This document shows positions 1 through 9,336 of a DNA stretch of 64,000 bases, one piece after another. The DNA is taken from the IMG/VR virus record IMGVR_UViG_3300045988_174992; one strand, 5' to 3'. A program made the position numbers and the translations under genes. Position 1 is the stretch's first letter. Each line of letters starts with the position of its first letter. Below the pieces are notes generated by a model, which saw only the letters and a program-made list of their open reading frames with translations, was not told the origin of the DNA and searched no databases. The DNA is from a virus.

Positions 1-909
1 TTAGATAATAAGTTTGTAGATAAGAATATTCCATACGTTACAATTAGTGCTGTAAATGGATATATAAGTCCTAAGTTTGACCAAGAAGCCATAGCAAAGA
101 AATGCGAAGAAAAAGGTAAAACAATAAACTGCAAATGGACTGGATTGTCATATAAAGAGATATTAGACTTATGGGAACAGAAAGCTAATGTTTCTAGAAC
201 TTATGGAAAGAAACTAGATGCTTATACTGAATGCAAGCTTGAAGGAGATGAAAACAGTATAGAAGAATTCATGCTTGATAATGATGTTGATACTGATGAA
301 AGAATGAAGGCACACATCAAGGCATTTGATCAGTTCTATGAAAGAATCATGAAGTCAGGTGATGTTGAATTTGTTGGCAGAGAAATAGAAGTTTGGAATA
401 GAATTACTATCAATGACAATGATTTCTATGTGAAAGGAAGATTGGATGCATTATTTTACAACAAACGTACTGATACTTGGATCATCATAGATTGGAAGTC
501 AAATGAATGCATATCAACCAAAAGTAACAAATGGACACCAACATTGCTTGGACCTGCTCAAACACTTCCTAATCTTGATTGGTATACTTACACTATGCAA
601 GTATTCAACTATAAAGAAGCATTGTTGCAGAATTATTTGCCTGAAGGTACAGAAGCTAGTCATGTTCAATGTATGATAGTGAATTTACCTAAAGCAGAAT
701 ATGAGAATACAGATGCAGTTCTTGGTAAGAACAAAGGAGAAATCTATAAAGCATATATGCCAGCATTCAAATATGACGAGAATTTCTTGAATAGGGTATT
801 TGAGTTTGCTTATAAGAAAGATAAGCTAGAAAGAAGCATGAGAAAGTTGAAAGAGAAAGAAGAATCGGAAACCAAAGTAGAGAAGCAAGAGGAATTTGAT
901 TTGTTTTAA
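1..909 (+). CDS. PD-(D/E)XK nuclease, RecB/Cas4-like fold (5' end outside window)
   Basis: Frame stays open from nt 1 into track ORF 145..909 (TTG start in track). GRLDALF...IIIDWKS (D...D-x-K) is followed by QVFNY (QxxxY), as in RecB-family nucleases. Confidence 0.6.
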   Translation, partial: LDNKFVDKNIPYVTISAVNGYISPKFDQEAIAKKCEEKGKTINCKWTGLSYKEILDLWEQKANVSRTYGKKLDAYTECKLEGDENSIEEFMLDNDVDTDERMKAHIKAFDQFYERIMKSGDVEFVGREIEVWNRITINDNDFYVKGRLDALFYNKRTDTWIIIDWKSNECISTKSNKWTPTLLGPAQTLPNLDWYTYTMQVFNYKEALLQNYLPEGTEASHVQCMIVNLPKAEYENTDAVLGKNKGEIYKAYMPAFKYDENFLNRVFEFAYKKDKLERSMRKLKEKEESETKVEKQEEFDLF

Positions 910-931
910 ACAATATTAATAAAATAACAAC

Positions 932-1762
932 ATGAAAGTAATTGATAGTCAAACAGCAGAGATTTTAAGTTTAGGTGAAGCAACACTTGAGGAAGGTAAG
1001 AAGATTGTAGAGATTGCAGGTAGAACTTGCTATAAATCATTGAATCTTATAACAGAAGGTAGTGCGGAAAAGTTTGTAAATAGAATGATTGAATCAGAAC
1101 ATCTGTCAACATTGGAACATTGTACTATCTATCTTAAGTTACCAAGAGAAAAGAGAGATGATGCATTGTTCTTTTCATACAACAAATATAGCGAAGTAAA
1201 TAGTGATGGCAATTATTGTTATGTTACTACCAACTATAGAGTAATTATTGAAAACGAAATGGAAGATGTACTTAAGTATCAGTGTGCTTATGAACCAATA
1301 AATCATGTCAGACGAATTACAGTACGAATGATAACCAATCGCCAGATTGCAAATGAGTTTGAACGACACCGTGTATTCAGTTTCAACCAGGAATCATCTC
1401 GTTACTGCAATTATGGTAAAGATAAGTTTGACAATGAACTTAAGTTCTTGAAACCATCATTTGGAAATTTCTTGATTTCAAATGAAATATATGATGAATG
1501 GGTAAAGCAAATGGAACGTGCTGAATACTCATACCTTAAGTTATGTAGGATGGGTTGTAATGCACAAGAAGCAGCTACAGTACTTCCAAACTCTACAGCA
1601 ACAGAGTTGGTGATGAGTGGTACAACAAAAGATTGGGAGCATTTCTTTGATCTACGTATGAAAGGTCTTACTGGTAAACCACACCCATTAGCTTATGATT
1701 TGGCAAATAAGATATATTTGTTGTTCAAAGAGCAAGGTGTCAAGATCTATCCAGAAGATTAA
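932..1762 (+). CDS. thyX: flavin-dependent thymidylate synthase
   Basis: RHRVFSFNQESSRY matches the ThyX signature RHRxxSxxxxSxR. 276 aa. Confidence 0.9.
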   Translation: MKVIDSQTAEILSLGEATLEEGKKIVEIAGRTCYKSLNLITEGSAEKFVNRMIESEHLSTLEHCTIYLKLPREKRDDALFFSYNKYSEVNSDGNYCYVTTNYRVIIENEMEDVLKYQCAYEPINHVRRITVRMITNRQIANEFERHRVFSFNQESSRYCNYGKDKFDNELKFLKPSFGNFLISNEIYDEWVKQMERAEYSYLKLCRMGCNAQEAATVLPNSTATELVMSGTTKDWEHFFDLRMKGLTGKPHPLAYDLANKIYLLFKEQGVKIYPED

Positions 1763-1777
1763 ATTTTATATAAAGAA

Positions 1778-2587
1778 ATGATAAGTTTAAAAGAATATAT
1801 AGAAAGTCATAACAACTTACACAATAAGTTGTTCTGTCAAAATAGATTGAATGAGCTAGCTACTTATTTTGGTGAATCTATAGAAGACATACCAAAAGAT
1901 ATACAAGAATCATACATTAATCATACATTTGAACTTAATTCTTATCTATATGAGACATTAAAATCTCATGATGTAGATAGTTTGATTAATCATATAGAAA
2001 AAGAATATAAAGACAATATATATGAGATTTGCCCTATAAATAGATCTAATAAACATGGATTAGTAGGTGTAAAGTTCAACAACAAACAATTATATTATGT
2101 TAATTCAAGTAAGTTCTTGGATATATGTACATTCTTCAATTATGTGAAAACTGATACATGGAATGGATATACTATTTTAGAACCTGAATATCCTGATAAA
2201 TGTAATAATGAAACAATGAAATTGTTTAAGAACAAATTCATACATGTTACTACTAAGAAAAATTATGAAAAGATAAAGGTTACTGGACTTAGAATGAGAG
2301 GTTACGATGGAAAGGATGGATACAGAAAATATAGTTCTAGAATACAATTAAAAGGAAAAGAAAGTAAAGAAAGTATATTGAAATTTGCTAGAGAGTTTAA
2401 GCAAGCAAGAAAAGAATCAGATGATGAGAATCATTTAGATTGGGAAAATACAATAGTGTTGTTAGTAGACTTGTATACTGTAAACTTTGATATCTGGAGA
2501 GATCACATGTATGATAAAGAAGATCATTGTTATTTTGTAAAGAATAACATACCTGCTAAATATATAAAGAAATTATACGAAATTTAA
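1778..2587 (+). CDS. hypothetical protein
   Basis: 269-aa ORF tightly packed in the plus-strand block. No motif recognised. Confidence 0.6.
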   Translation: MISLKEYIESHNNLHNKLFCQNRLNELATYFGESIEDIPKDIQESYINHTFELNSYLYETLKSHDVDSLINHIEKEYKDNIYEICPINRSNKHGLVGVKFNNKQLYYVNSSKFLDICTFFNYVKTDTWNGYTILEPEYPDKCNNETMKLFKNKFIHVTTKKNYEKIKVTGLRMRGYDGKDGYRKYSSRIQLKGKESKESILKFAREFKQARKESDDENHLDWENTIVLLVDLYTVNFDIWRDHMYDKEDHCYFVKNNIPAKYIKKLYEI

Positions 2588-2592
2588 AAGAA

Positions 2593-3117
2593 ATGAAAGA
2601 TAATAAAAACATTGGTCACATATTTTGTGGATATCCTGCTATAGGAAAGACAAGCATAGGAGGTAACAGTATTCAAATGGAAGATGGACGATGGGTTTCC
2701 ATAGTAGATTTGGAAACAAGCTTGATGAAAGGAAATGATGGTAGACCAACCAACTGGGTAGAAATCTATGTAAACTATGTACAAGATTTAATAATGCAAG
2801 GTATCAATGTGATGTGTAGTACTCATCGATTGGTTAGAGATGAACTAGAAAAGAGAAATCTAATTTATACAAATGTGATGCCTAATCTGAATATCAAAGA
2901 ATATTGGTTGTGTAAGTTACGTCAAAGATGGAAAGATAGTGGATTAGAGAAAGATAGTCTTGCTTATGAGAGAGCTATGGAACATTATGATAAGGATATT
3001 AAAGACTTGATGGACCATGATAGATATTGTATGATAGGTGTGGAAAGAAAATATGATTTGCAAGAAGTGCTTTGTAATTATATTAGGTACGGAAAATTAC
3101 AATGGACTTTTAATTGA
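2593..3117 (+). CDS. P-loop NTPase / kinase-like protein
   Basis: Walker A GYPAIGKTS near the N-terminus. 174 aa. Confidence 0.5.
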   Translation: MKDNKNIGHIFCGYPAIGKTSIGGNSIQMEDGRWVSIVDLETSLMKGNDGRPTNWVEIYVNYVQDLIMQGINVMCSTHRLVRDELEKRNLIYTNVMPNLNIKEYWLCKLRQRWKDSGLEKDSLAYERAMEHYDKDIKDLMDHDRYCMIGVERKYDLQEVLCNYIRYGKLQWTFN

Positions 3118-3149
3118 TTATTTTAAATAAAATAAATTGAATACTTTAA

Positions 3150-3511
3150 ATGAAGAATTTATCTAATTTCATATTAGAATCATTAAATAAAATGATTATA
3201 AGAAAATTTCAGATAAGATCATCAAGCAATTTAACATATCTTCTGTAAATGACAAAGGTTTTGTAGATGATTATGTAGAATATGTTGGAGACAATCTTAT
3301 CAGTAATGGAGAATGGCAAGATATTGATGATGATTTTGACAATTTTGTTGAAGAGATAATTAATGACATTAAGAAAGATGGAAATGATTCTGAATATGAT
3401 AAGTTCTCTGATTCCAATGACTACACATCAGAAGAATTCATAAAATCCAATAAGACTAATTTCTTGGATATATTTAGAAGCATTTATAACGGCTTTAAGA
3501 GTTTTGCATAG
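3150..3511 (+). pseudogene. frameshifted (or recoded) member of the MKxLxx[FY]-leader protein family
   Basis: ATG 3150 gives MKNLSNFILESLNK..., then TAA at 3246..3248. The -1 frame is open 3191..3511 (106 codons) with no usable start, and a terminator follows directly. Confidence 0.45.
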
Positions 3512-3515
3512 AAAA

Positions 3516-3550
3516 TTGGCTCGATCTTAAGATCGAGCCAATATTGTTTT
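3516..3550. terminator. bidirectional hairpin terminator
   Basis: Perfect palindrome TTGGCTCGATC-TTAA-GATCGAGCCAA (3516..3541) plus a T-run, between convergent genes. Confidence 0.7.
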
Positions 3551-4361
3551 AAGTAGTATAATAATTAACATTATATATACAATTATTATATGTAGATGTA
3601 ATAGTTTTATTTTTTGTGCCTGGGCCATCTATACTACAACCGTCTGGAATACTATAATTTCCGTAATTTGTTGTATATTTAAAATTAGGGGTTTCGTATC
3701 CATTCCATGTTAAACTGGTTAGTTCAAAATCAATTATAACAGAAGAATTATTGTCAATATATACTTTAATATGTGTATTTATAACATCTTGTCTTAATAA
3801 ATCATATACAGGAATTGGCATTTGGGCGTCATGGCTTTCTATCTGTCCACATACAGAAATATCATGACCATCTCCTGTTACCCAAATTCCACAATTAATA
3901 TTATAAGTACCAGTATTATCTACATAAGTATATTTATAATATGCAGGATTTAATCCTAATTTAGGATAATATGATGCTATAATTAAAGCATAGGAAATGT
4001 TACTTATTTGTGATTCATCTATTTTTTCCCAAGTATAACAAGAATCAGTATCTCCCTTTAAGTAATAATTTTCATAATTATTTCCATTTGATTCACTTGT
4101 TAAATGATGACTAATATATGAAGAATAAGGAGTAGACAATATTATACCACCAGGATCAGAAATATAAGTTGAATCTTGAATAAAGAAAGATGTCAATATT
4201 AATCCTGTTACATTTTTTGAATTTACATCTGAAACACTAATTGAATTATCAATATGTGGTGTTGTAAGAAATCTTCTAACATATATACTATTATTAGTAC
4301 CAGTATCGCTTTCATATTTCTTCATACTACCACTCTGAGTGTAGCATATTCCTGTAGCCAT
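3549..4361 (-). CDS. hypothetical protein (N/S/T/Y-rich)
   Basis: 270-aa ORF ending at the shared terminator. No motif recognised. Confidence 0.6.
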   Translation of the reverse strand: MATGICYTQSGSMKKYESDTGTNNSIYVRRFLTTPHIDNSISVSDVNSKNVTGLILTSFFIQDSTYISDPGGIILSTPYSSYISHHLTSESNGNNYENYYLKGDTDSCYTWEKIDESQISNISYALIIASYYPKLGLNPAYYKYTYVDNTGTYNINCGIWVTGDGHDISVCGQIESHDAQMPIPVYDLLRQDVINTHIKVYIDNNSSVIIDFELTSLTWNGYETPNFKYTTNYGNYSIPDGCSIDGPGTKNKTITSTYNNCIYNVNYYTT

Positions 4362-4431
4362 AAATTCTCTTTCAAATATATTTTATAGAATATAAGTGAC
4401 TAAGAGAAATTATGAATATATCAAAAACTAA

Positions 4432-4697
4432 CACCCAATACCATCTCCACTTGAGATGAATTGGTAAGTGTTAAGTTGTTCATGACTAATTCATTATTTC
4501 TTTTTTAAAGAAAGCGTCAGAGTGATATAATGAAATAGCTACAAATCAATTATCGTGTACTCTGACGCTTTTAAGTCACCACTATGATATATTTTGTAAA
4601 CATCATTAATTTCTTACTGAATATTATTAATTACATATAAATTTTTATATCTAATTATTTTACTACCAATTCATCTCAAGTGGAGATGGTATTGGTG
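4432..4697. repeat. 266-bp element bounded by 35/34-bp inverted repeats with an internal 12-bp hairpin
   Basis: 4432..4466 CACCCAATACCATCTCCACTTGAGATGAATTGGTA is the reverse complement of 4664..4697 apart from one extra C. Inner stem AAGCGTCAGAGT (4512..4523) pairs with ACTCTGACGCTT (4559..4570). Confidence 0.8.
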
Positions 4698-4788
4698 ACT
4701 TAAATTTGAAGAAACATGATGTTCATTTCTAATATCTTATATATAAAAATAAGATAATTTATAAGTAGAATTTCAAGCCTGACAGTCA

Positions 4789-5991
4789 TTATTTAATTCT
4801 ATATTTAGCACCTATGATAGCATTAGCTGCAGCAAATGAACCAGTCATCTTCATCATTCTATCTTTCCAAGTGAATACAATACCTTCTGTAGAATTCAAC
4901 TTGTTTCCAAGTTTTTGAAGTCTTAACAATTGATCCTTAAGCTTATCTTTGTCTTCTTGAGTACCTTTCTCATCAACAAGCTTCTTAGTGGCTTCTATCT
5001 CATTCTTCAAATTGATTATTGCTTTGTCTTTGACTCCATCATTAATCAAACCAGATGTAAGTTCAATTACTTTATTTGACATATCTAAGAACAGGTCATC
5101 AATTGGTTCGATAACATCTTTAACATATTTCTTATAATCTTTCTTATCTATAGAAACAATTTCATCAGCATGTTCAGGGTAGCTCTTCTTCAATATTCTT
5201 ATATTTACACTCTTATCTGAATTGAACCATCGGTTGAAGAATGCATCCTTTTCAGTCATCCATTCTGGTGCTATAATTTCAAAACGTTTCTTTTTCCAAT
5301 CTTCTATAGTAGCATCTTTTCCTAAACCTTCAGATTTGAATAAGTCAATAACTTTCTTTTTATATTCATTAGCAAACTTATTGCTGTCTTTAGTAACTTG
5401 AATAATTATATTAGGTGTAAGCTTGGCTTTGTCATCCTTTTCTATAGCCTTTTGAATAATACCAAGTCCATCTTTGGTAACACTATCCTTTTTCCATTCA
5501 TCACCTTCTTTCTTATATACCCAAATATTATGGAAGTCAACCTGATCATCATCATAATACATGATATTAGTAGTACCTGATACTATACATTCACAGTTTA
5601 CTAACAATCTTGTATTAGGATCAGGATTGAAGAATTTGCTACCAATTCTTTTGAATATCTTTTCAAGTGTATTACCAGCAGATACAAATGCTTTTTGAAC
5701 GGTTGGTTTGTCTTTCCATTTTTCAATCATATCTTGGATAGTCATACCTCCACGTTCTGAATTCAAGTCACCTTTGTTTCTTATAAAAACTACTTCATCC
5801 TGATTATTCATAGATGCTTGTATGTTAGTACCATCTAATTTCTCTGTAGCATTAGATATCTTACCTCCAAACAAATCATCTATCAAATCAAGTAAATCTT
5901 GGCAGGTGAAGTCAGTTTCATCAATTACATGCATCATGTGACCACTAGCTCCACCTTCAAAGATTTGTACATATTGAGTTAAATTAATCAT
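4789..5991 (-). CDS. nucleotidyltransferase-superfamily ligase-like protein (RNA/DNA ligase candidate) with CTS-like leader
   Basis: TEKLDGTN looks like the KxDG adenylylation motif I. C-terminal EGIVF..MKMTG looks like motifs IV/V. N-terminus is MINLTQYVQIFE|GG. Confidence 0.45.
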   Translation of the reverse strand: MINLTQYVQIFEGGASGHMMHVIDETDFTCQDLLDLIDDLFGGKISNATEKLDGTNIQASMNNQDEVVFIRNKGDLNSERGGMTIQDMIEKWKDKPTVQKAFVSAGNTLEKIFKRIGSKFFNPDPNTRLLVNCECIVSGTTNIMYYDDDQVDFHNIWVYKKEGDEWKKDSVTKDGLGIIQKAIEKDDKAKLTPNIIIQVTKDSNKFANEYKKKVIDLFKSEGLGKDATIEDWKKKRFEIIAPEWMTEKDAFFNRWFNSDKSVNIRILKKSYPEHADEIVSIDKKDYKKYVKDVIEPIDDLFLDMSNKVIELTSGLINDGVKDKAIINLKNEIEATKKLVDEKGTQEDKDKLKDQLLRLQKLGNKLNSTEGIVFTWKDRMMKMTGSFAAANAIIGAKYRIK

Positions 5992-7538
5992 TTCTTAGAT
6001 TTGTTGTGTTTTAATTTTATAGACAAACTAGCATTTAATGGATTAGGAATAGATAATCCACCAACATCAAATGTCCATTTACTTACACCAGAGCTTACAA
6101 CTTCTAGAATCATTTTATTCTTTCTGATTCCAAAGTATACTTGTTTCATATCTACTGCTTTATGAATAATTGATGAAATAACATCCTCATTTTCAGACCC
6201 GTATTCTTCATTTATTTCTTTTATGCATATAGCCCATAATGGATATATAAAGAAACCATATTTAAGCTTAGGTTGATTTTCAGTATTAATTTTATCCCAA
6301 TCATACTTATTCAATAAATGAGATGTATCATTGTATCCTATTGCTTTGTATACTTCTTCAAAAAATTCTTTTGGGTTATCACCAACTATAGAATCTAAAA
6401 TTTCATTTATTTTAGAAAAATCTACTTTTGAATGCTTTTCATTTGCAAGATTTTTAAATTTCTTAAATGCTTCATTATTAGAAAGATATTTATCTACAAC
6501 ATATTTCTGTATTAGTGAATTTTTTTGATCGAATACAGACATACTATATGAGATAGCAATATTATTGATAAACTCTATTTCTTTATAGTCATACATTGCT
6601 TTTTTCTCTTTCTTATTCATCTGATCTTTTTCTTTCTTAAGATCATCAAGTTCATTTTCAACATTCTTTTTTAAGTTTGCAACAGTTTTAAGCATCAAAT
6701 CTTTACCAGCTGGTTTACCACCACCACCAAGTTGTTTAGCAGATACTTTATAACCATTAATATAGTAATCTATCAAAGGTTCATTAGAAACTGTAGGAAA
6801 AACTACCTTACAATCATTAAACAATCTAAAGAACAGGAATGGACCTAAAATTTCACCAAAGTCCTTTTCAATACAAGCAATGTCACCATTTTCTATGGGT
6901 TCAATATATTTCTTAATACTTGATAAATCTAATTCAATTCTGCCTTCAGAAGAAGTGTTGAAGAAATCATCTACAGTTCCTTCTTTAAATGATCCTTCTC
7001 TCTTTAAACTTCCATCATTCAATATATCAATTAACTTATCACAACATTTAACTATTTCTGGATGTTTTTCTTTTAATGAAGCTAAACCTCTATTTACCGC
7101 ATCCTTTAATTGTTTTCTATTATCAAAAGTATTTGATGATTCTGTTAGAACAAGAACTTTGTCAGGAGACAAATCTTTATTATGTAAAGTTTGTTTATCT
7201 TGTGTCTTATTAGCCACATAATAAACTTCATCGTTATAAGTAATTTTATAAGATTTATAAGTACCAGATGCTCCTTTTGATCTACCTACTACTTCAGAAT
7301 CATCATCTGATATAGATACACCTCTTGTGTCTTTAAATGCATCTTTCAAAAATTCTTTATTGGCATCTTCATCTGTACCCATTTCAAAACGCCCAACCTC
7401 CATAGGATCTTTATCCGCTGTTTTAAAATCAATATTATGTGAAACACAATATTTCTTTAAAATAGCTCTAAGATACGACTTATCTTTATTCGAAGACTTT
7501 CCTTCAAATATATCTACATAGTTTTCTAATGACTGCAT
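5988..7538 (-). CDS. hypothetical 516-aa protein with CTS-like leader
   Basis: N-terminus MQSLENYVDIFE|GK. 4-nt overlap with the downstream gene. GGGGKPAGK loop. No family recognised. Confidence 0.7.
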   Translation of the reverse strand: MQSLENYVDIFEGKSSNKDKSYLRAILKKYCVSHNIDFKTADKDPMEVGRFEMGTDEDANKEFLKDAFKDTRGVSISDDDSEVVGRSKGASGTYKSYKITYNDEVYYVANKTQDKQTLHNKDLSPDKVLVLTESSNTFDNRKQLKDAVNRGLASLKEKHPEIVKCCDKLIDILNDGSLKREGSFKEGTVDDFFNTSSEGRIELDLSSIKKYIEPIENGDIACIEKDFGEILGPFLFFRLFNDCKVVFPTVSNEPLIDYYINGYKVSAKQLGGGGKPAGKDLMLKTVANLKKNVENELDDLKKEKDQMNKKEKKAMYDYKEIEFINNIAISYSMSVFDQKNSLIQKYVVDKYLSNNEAFKKFKNLANEKHSKVDFSKINEILDSIVGDNPKEFFEEVYKAIGYNDTSHLLNKYDWDKINTENQPKLKYGFFIYPLWAICIKEINEEYGSENEDVISSIIHKAVDMKQVYFGIRKNKMILEVVSSGVSKWTFDVGGLSIPNPLNASLSIKLKHNKSKK

Positions 7539-7541
7539 AAA

Positions 7542-8150
7542 TCAATCAATATCAAATAAATTATCATTTTCTACATAACTTCCAAGTGAACAAAATGCAT
7601 CTTCATTCACTTTACTAAGTTCTTCTTTAAATTCATTAAACAACTTCTGTGCACCATCAGGCATCATCTTAACAAAAGCTGCCTTATCATCATCTTTGAT
7701 AGCTTGTCTAACTTTAGTAGCTGATATACCATCTACGGCAGAACTTGTTTCATCTCTTTCAATAACAAATACTTTGAAATCATCAGGAAAGTCCTTCAAA
7801 TATTTCTTATTGCTGGCCATTGATTTATACATCTTTTCTCTATCAGTACCACAACCCCAAAGATGGGCAGAATATCCTTTTTTAGCTAATTCTTCTCCTA
7901 TCTTATCTATAGCAGCATTTTTTACCCAAATAATATCTTGATAGAAATCTTTACTTCTCAGACAAGTATCTATTTCTTTCTTTATTAAATCATCAGAAAA
8001 TGGGTGTTTAGAATCAAATTTAGTGTTATGAATAAGACATAACACTGTTGGGTACCCATTTTCTTTATATAATGCTTCAAGAATTGATTGGTGACCTAAA
8101 GTAAATGGTTGGGTACGTCCAACCATTATATTGACATCTTTCTTCTCCAT
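7542..8150 (-). CDS. nicotinamide/nicotinate mononucleotide adenylyltransferase (NadM/NadR-type cytidylyltransferase fold)
   Basis: GRTQPFTLGH resembles the GRFQPFHxGH motif. C-terminal ISATKVRQ resembles ISSTxxR. Confidence 0.7.
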   Translation of the reverse strand: MEKKDVNIMVGRTQPFTLGHQSILEALYKENGYPTVLCLIHNTKFDSKHPFSDDLIKKEIDTCLRSKDFYQDIIWVKNAAIDKIGEELAKKGYSAHLWGCGTDREKMYKSMASNKKYLKDFPDDFKVFVIERDETSSAVDGISATKVRQAIKDDDKAAFVKMMPDGAQKLFNEFKEELSKVNEDAFCSLGSYVENDNLFDID

Positions 8151-8152
8151 AA

Positions 8153-8521
8153 TTATCTGAATAATCTATGAAATTCTTGATTATTTTCAATGAAGTCAGG
8201 ATGCCACATTTCAGTACCTCTACCAGTTGCTGCAAATTGTACAAAGTCATTTTCATCCTGATCCCATGCAAGTATCTCACACCATTTAGCTTTTGGGTTG
8301 TAAGCTTTGATTGTAGCATCACAATCGGCAAGGAATTGATCTTTTGACTTTCTTGCCAAATTTGTCACCATTTCTATATAGATAGGACCAAAGCTTTCTC
8401 TCATCCACTTTCCTTCATGTCCAATAAGCTGAATTCTATCTTTGAACTTTGAAGGATCATTGTTTTTAGCCTCTTCATACCTCTTCATATTTATAAACCT
8501 CACCTTTAGCTTTAGCTTCAT
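8153..8521 (-). CDS. hypothetical protein
   Basis: 122-aa ORF. The start may be the internal MKRYEE at 8488, and a 35-codon ORF (8475..8582) could be a separate upstream mini-gene. Confidence 0.55.
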   Translation of the reverse strand: MKLKLKVRFINMKRYEEAKNNDPSKFKDRIQLIGHEGKWMRESFGPIYIEMVTNLARKSKDQFLADCDATIKAYNPKAKWCEILAWDQDENDFVQFAATGRGTEMWHPDFIENNQEFHRLFR

Positions 8522-8607
8522 CTATCATATATGATGTTATCTGTTGACAACTTTCATCAACACATTTTGTTAAGATCTTCATAACTTTATAATATTAAAT
8601 TCTTTAT

Positions 8608-9015
8608 TTAAAAATCTGGATTTGTACGTATACTGAATGATAGCGATTGAACTGGCATACTATCAGCTGGAATTCCCATGGTCTTTGCAAGTTCTTTGTT
8701 TAATTCTAGACAAGAATTCCATTGATTCTTATCTATTTCCTTTCTTCTATCAATATCCTTTTGCTTATATTCCTGACCGGTTTCATCATACATCCTGCAT
8801 AATGCATCATAGAATTTGTCAATTTCTTCTTTCTTAGAAATTTCACAACGATACATATAGTCAAAATATTTCTTATAGTTCTTCTGCCTCTTTATAGGAA
8901 ATGCCGCAGAAATAGTAAAATCAGTAAAATACTTATTGATAATCTCTCTATTCTTTGATATTTGGGCATTAGAATCAAATCCTGCTTCAGTAATATATTC
9001 AGTTAAGTTTTTCAT
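8608..9015 (-). CDS. hypothetical protein with CTS-like leader
   Basis: N-terminus MKNLTEYITE|AGF. 135 aa. Confidence 0.65.
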   Translation of the reverse strand: MKNLTEYITEAGFDSNAQISKNREIINKYFTDFTISAAFPIKRQKNYKKYFDYMYRCEISKKEEIDKFYDALCRMYDETGQEYKQKDIDRRKEIDKNQWNSCLELNKELAKTMGIPADSMPVQSLSFSIRTNPDF

Positions 9016-9058
9016 TCTTTTTTATTCAAATCGATTTAAGTAAAAATAGATTTTATGA

Positions 9059-9093
9059 GAATTGGACAACTATCAAAGATTGTTGTCCAATTC
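9059..9093 (-). terminator. hairpin (candidate terminator)
   Basis: GAATTGGACAAC (9059..9070) pairs with GTTGTCCAATTC (9082..9093). It spans the stop of 9073..9336, and the T-run is weak. Confidence 0.35.
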
Positions 9094-9336
9094 ATAGAAT
9101 GCTCGATATCCACATAACAAAAATATTCCTATATAATAGATATAGAAGAATCCAATCCAAATATCAAACAAAATCAAAAATGGTAATGATATTATCAAAA
9201 TGAATGGAAAGAATTCAATAAATATTTTTGTTGCCCATATAAACAAGAAGGTTATCCCAATTACCCATCCAAAAATATTTGATGACAACCTGTCAAATTT
9301 CTTAAGTTTGCTATTTATCAGTGATTTCCAATCCAT
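9073..9336 (-). CDS. small integral membrane protein
   Basis: 87 aa, mostly hydrophobic (2-3 predicted helices by eye). Confidence 0.55.
   Translation of the reverse strand: MDWKSLINSKLKKFDRLSSNIFGWVIGITFLFIWATKIFIEFFPFILIISLPFLILFDIWIGFFYIYYIGIFLLCGYRAFYELDNNL

Noticed and set aside
8077-8331. 84-aa minus-strand ORF
   Set aside because: It lies in an alternative frame across the junction of two better-supported genes (7542..8150 NMNAT and 8153..8521).
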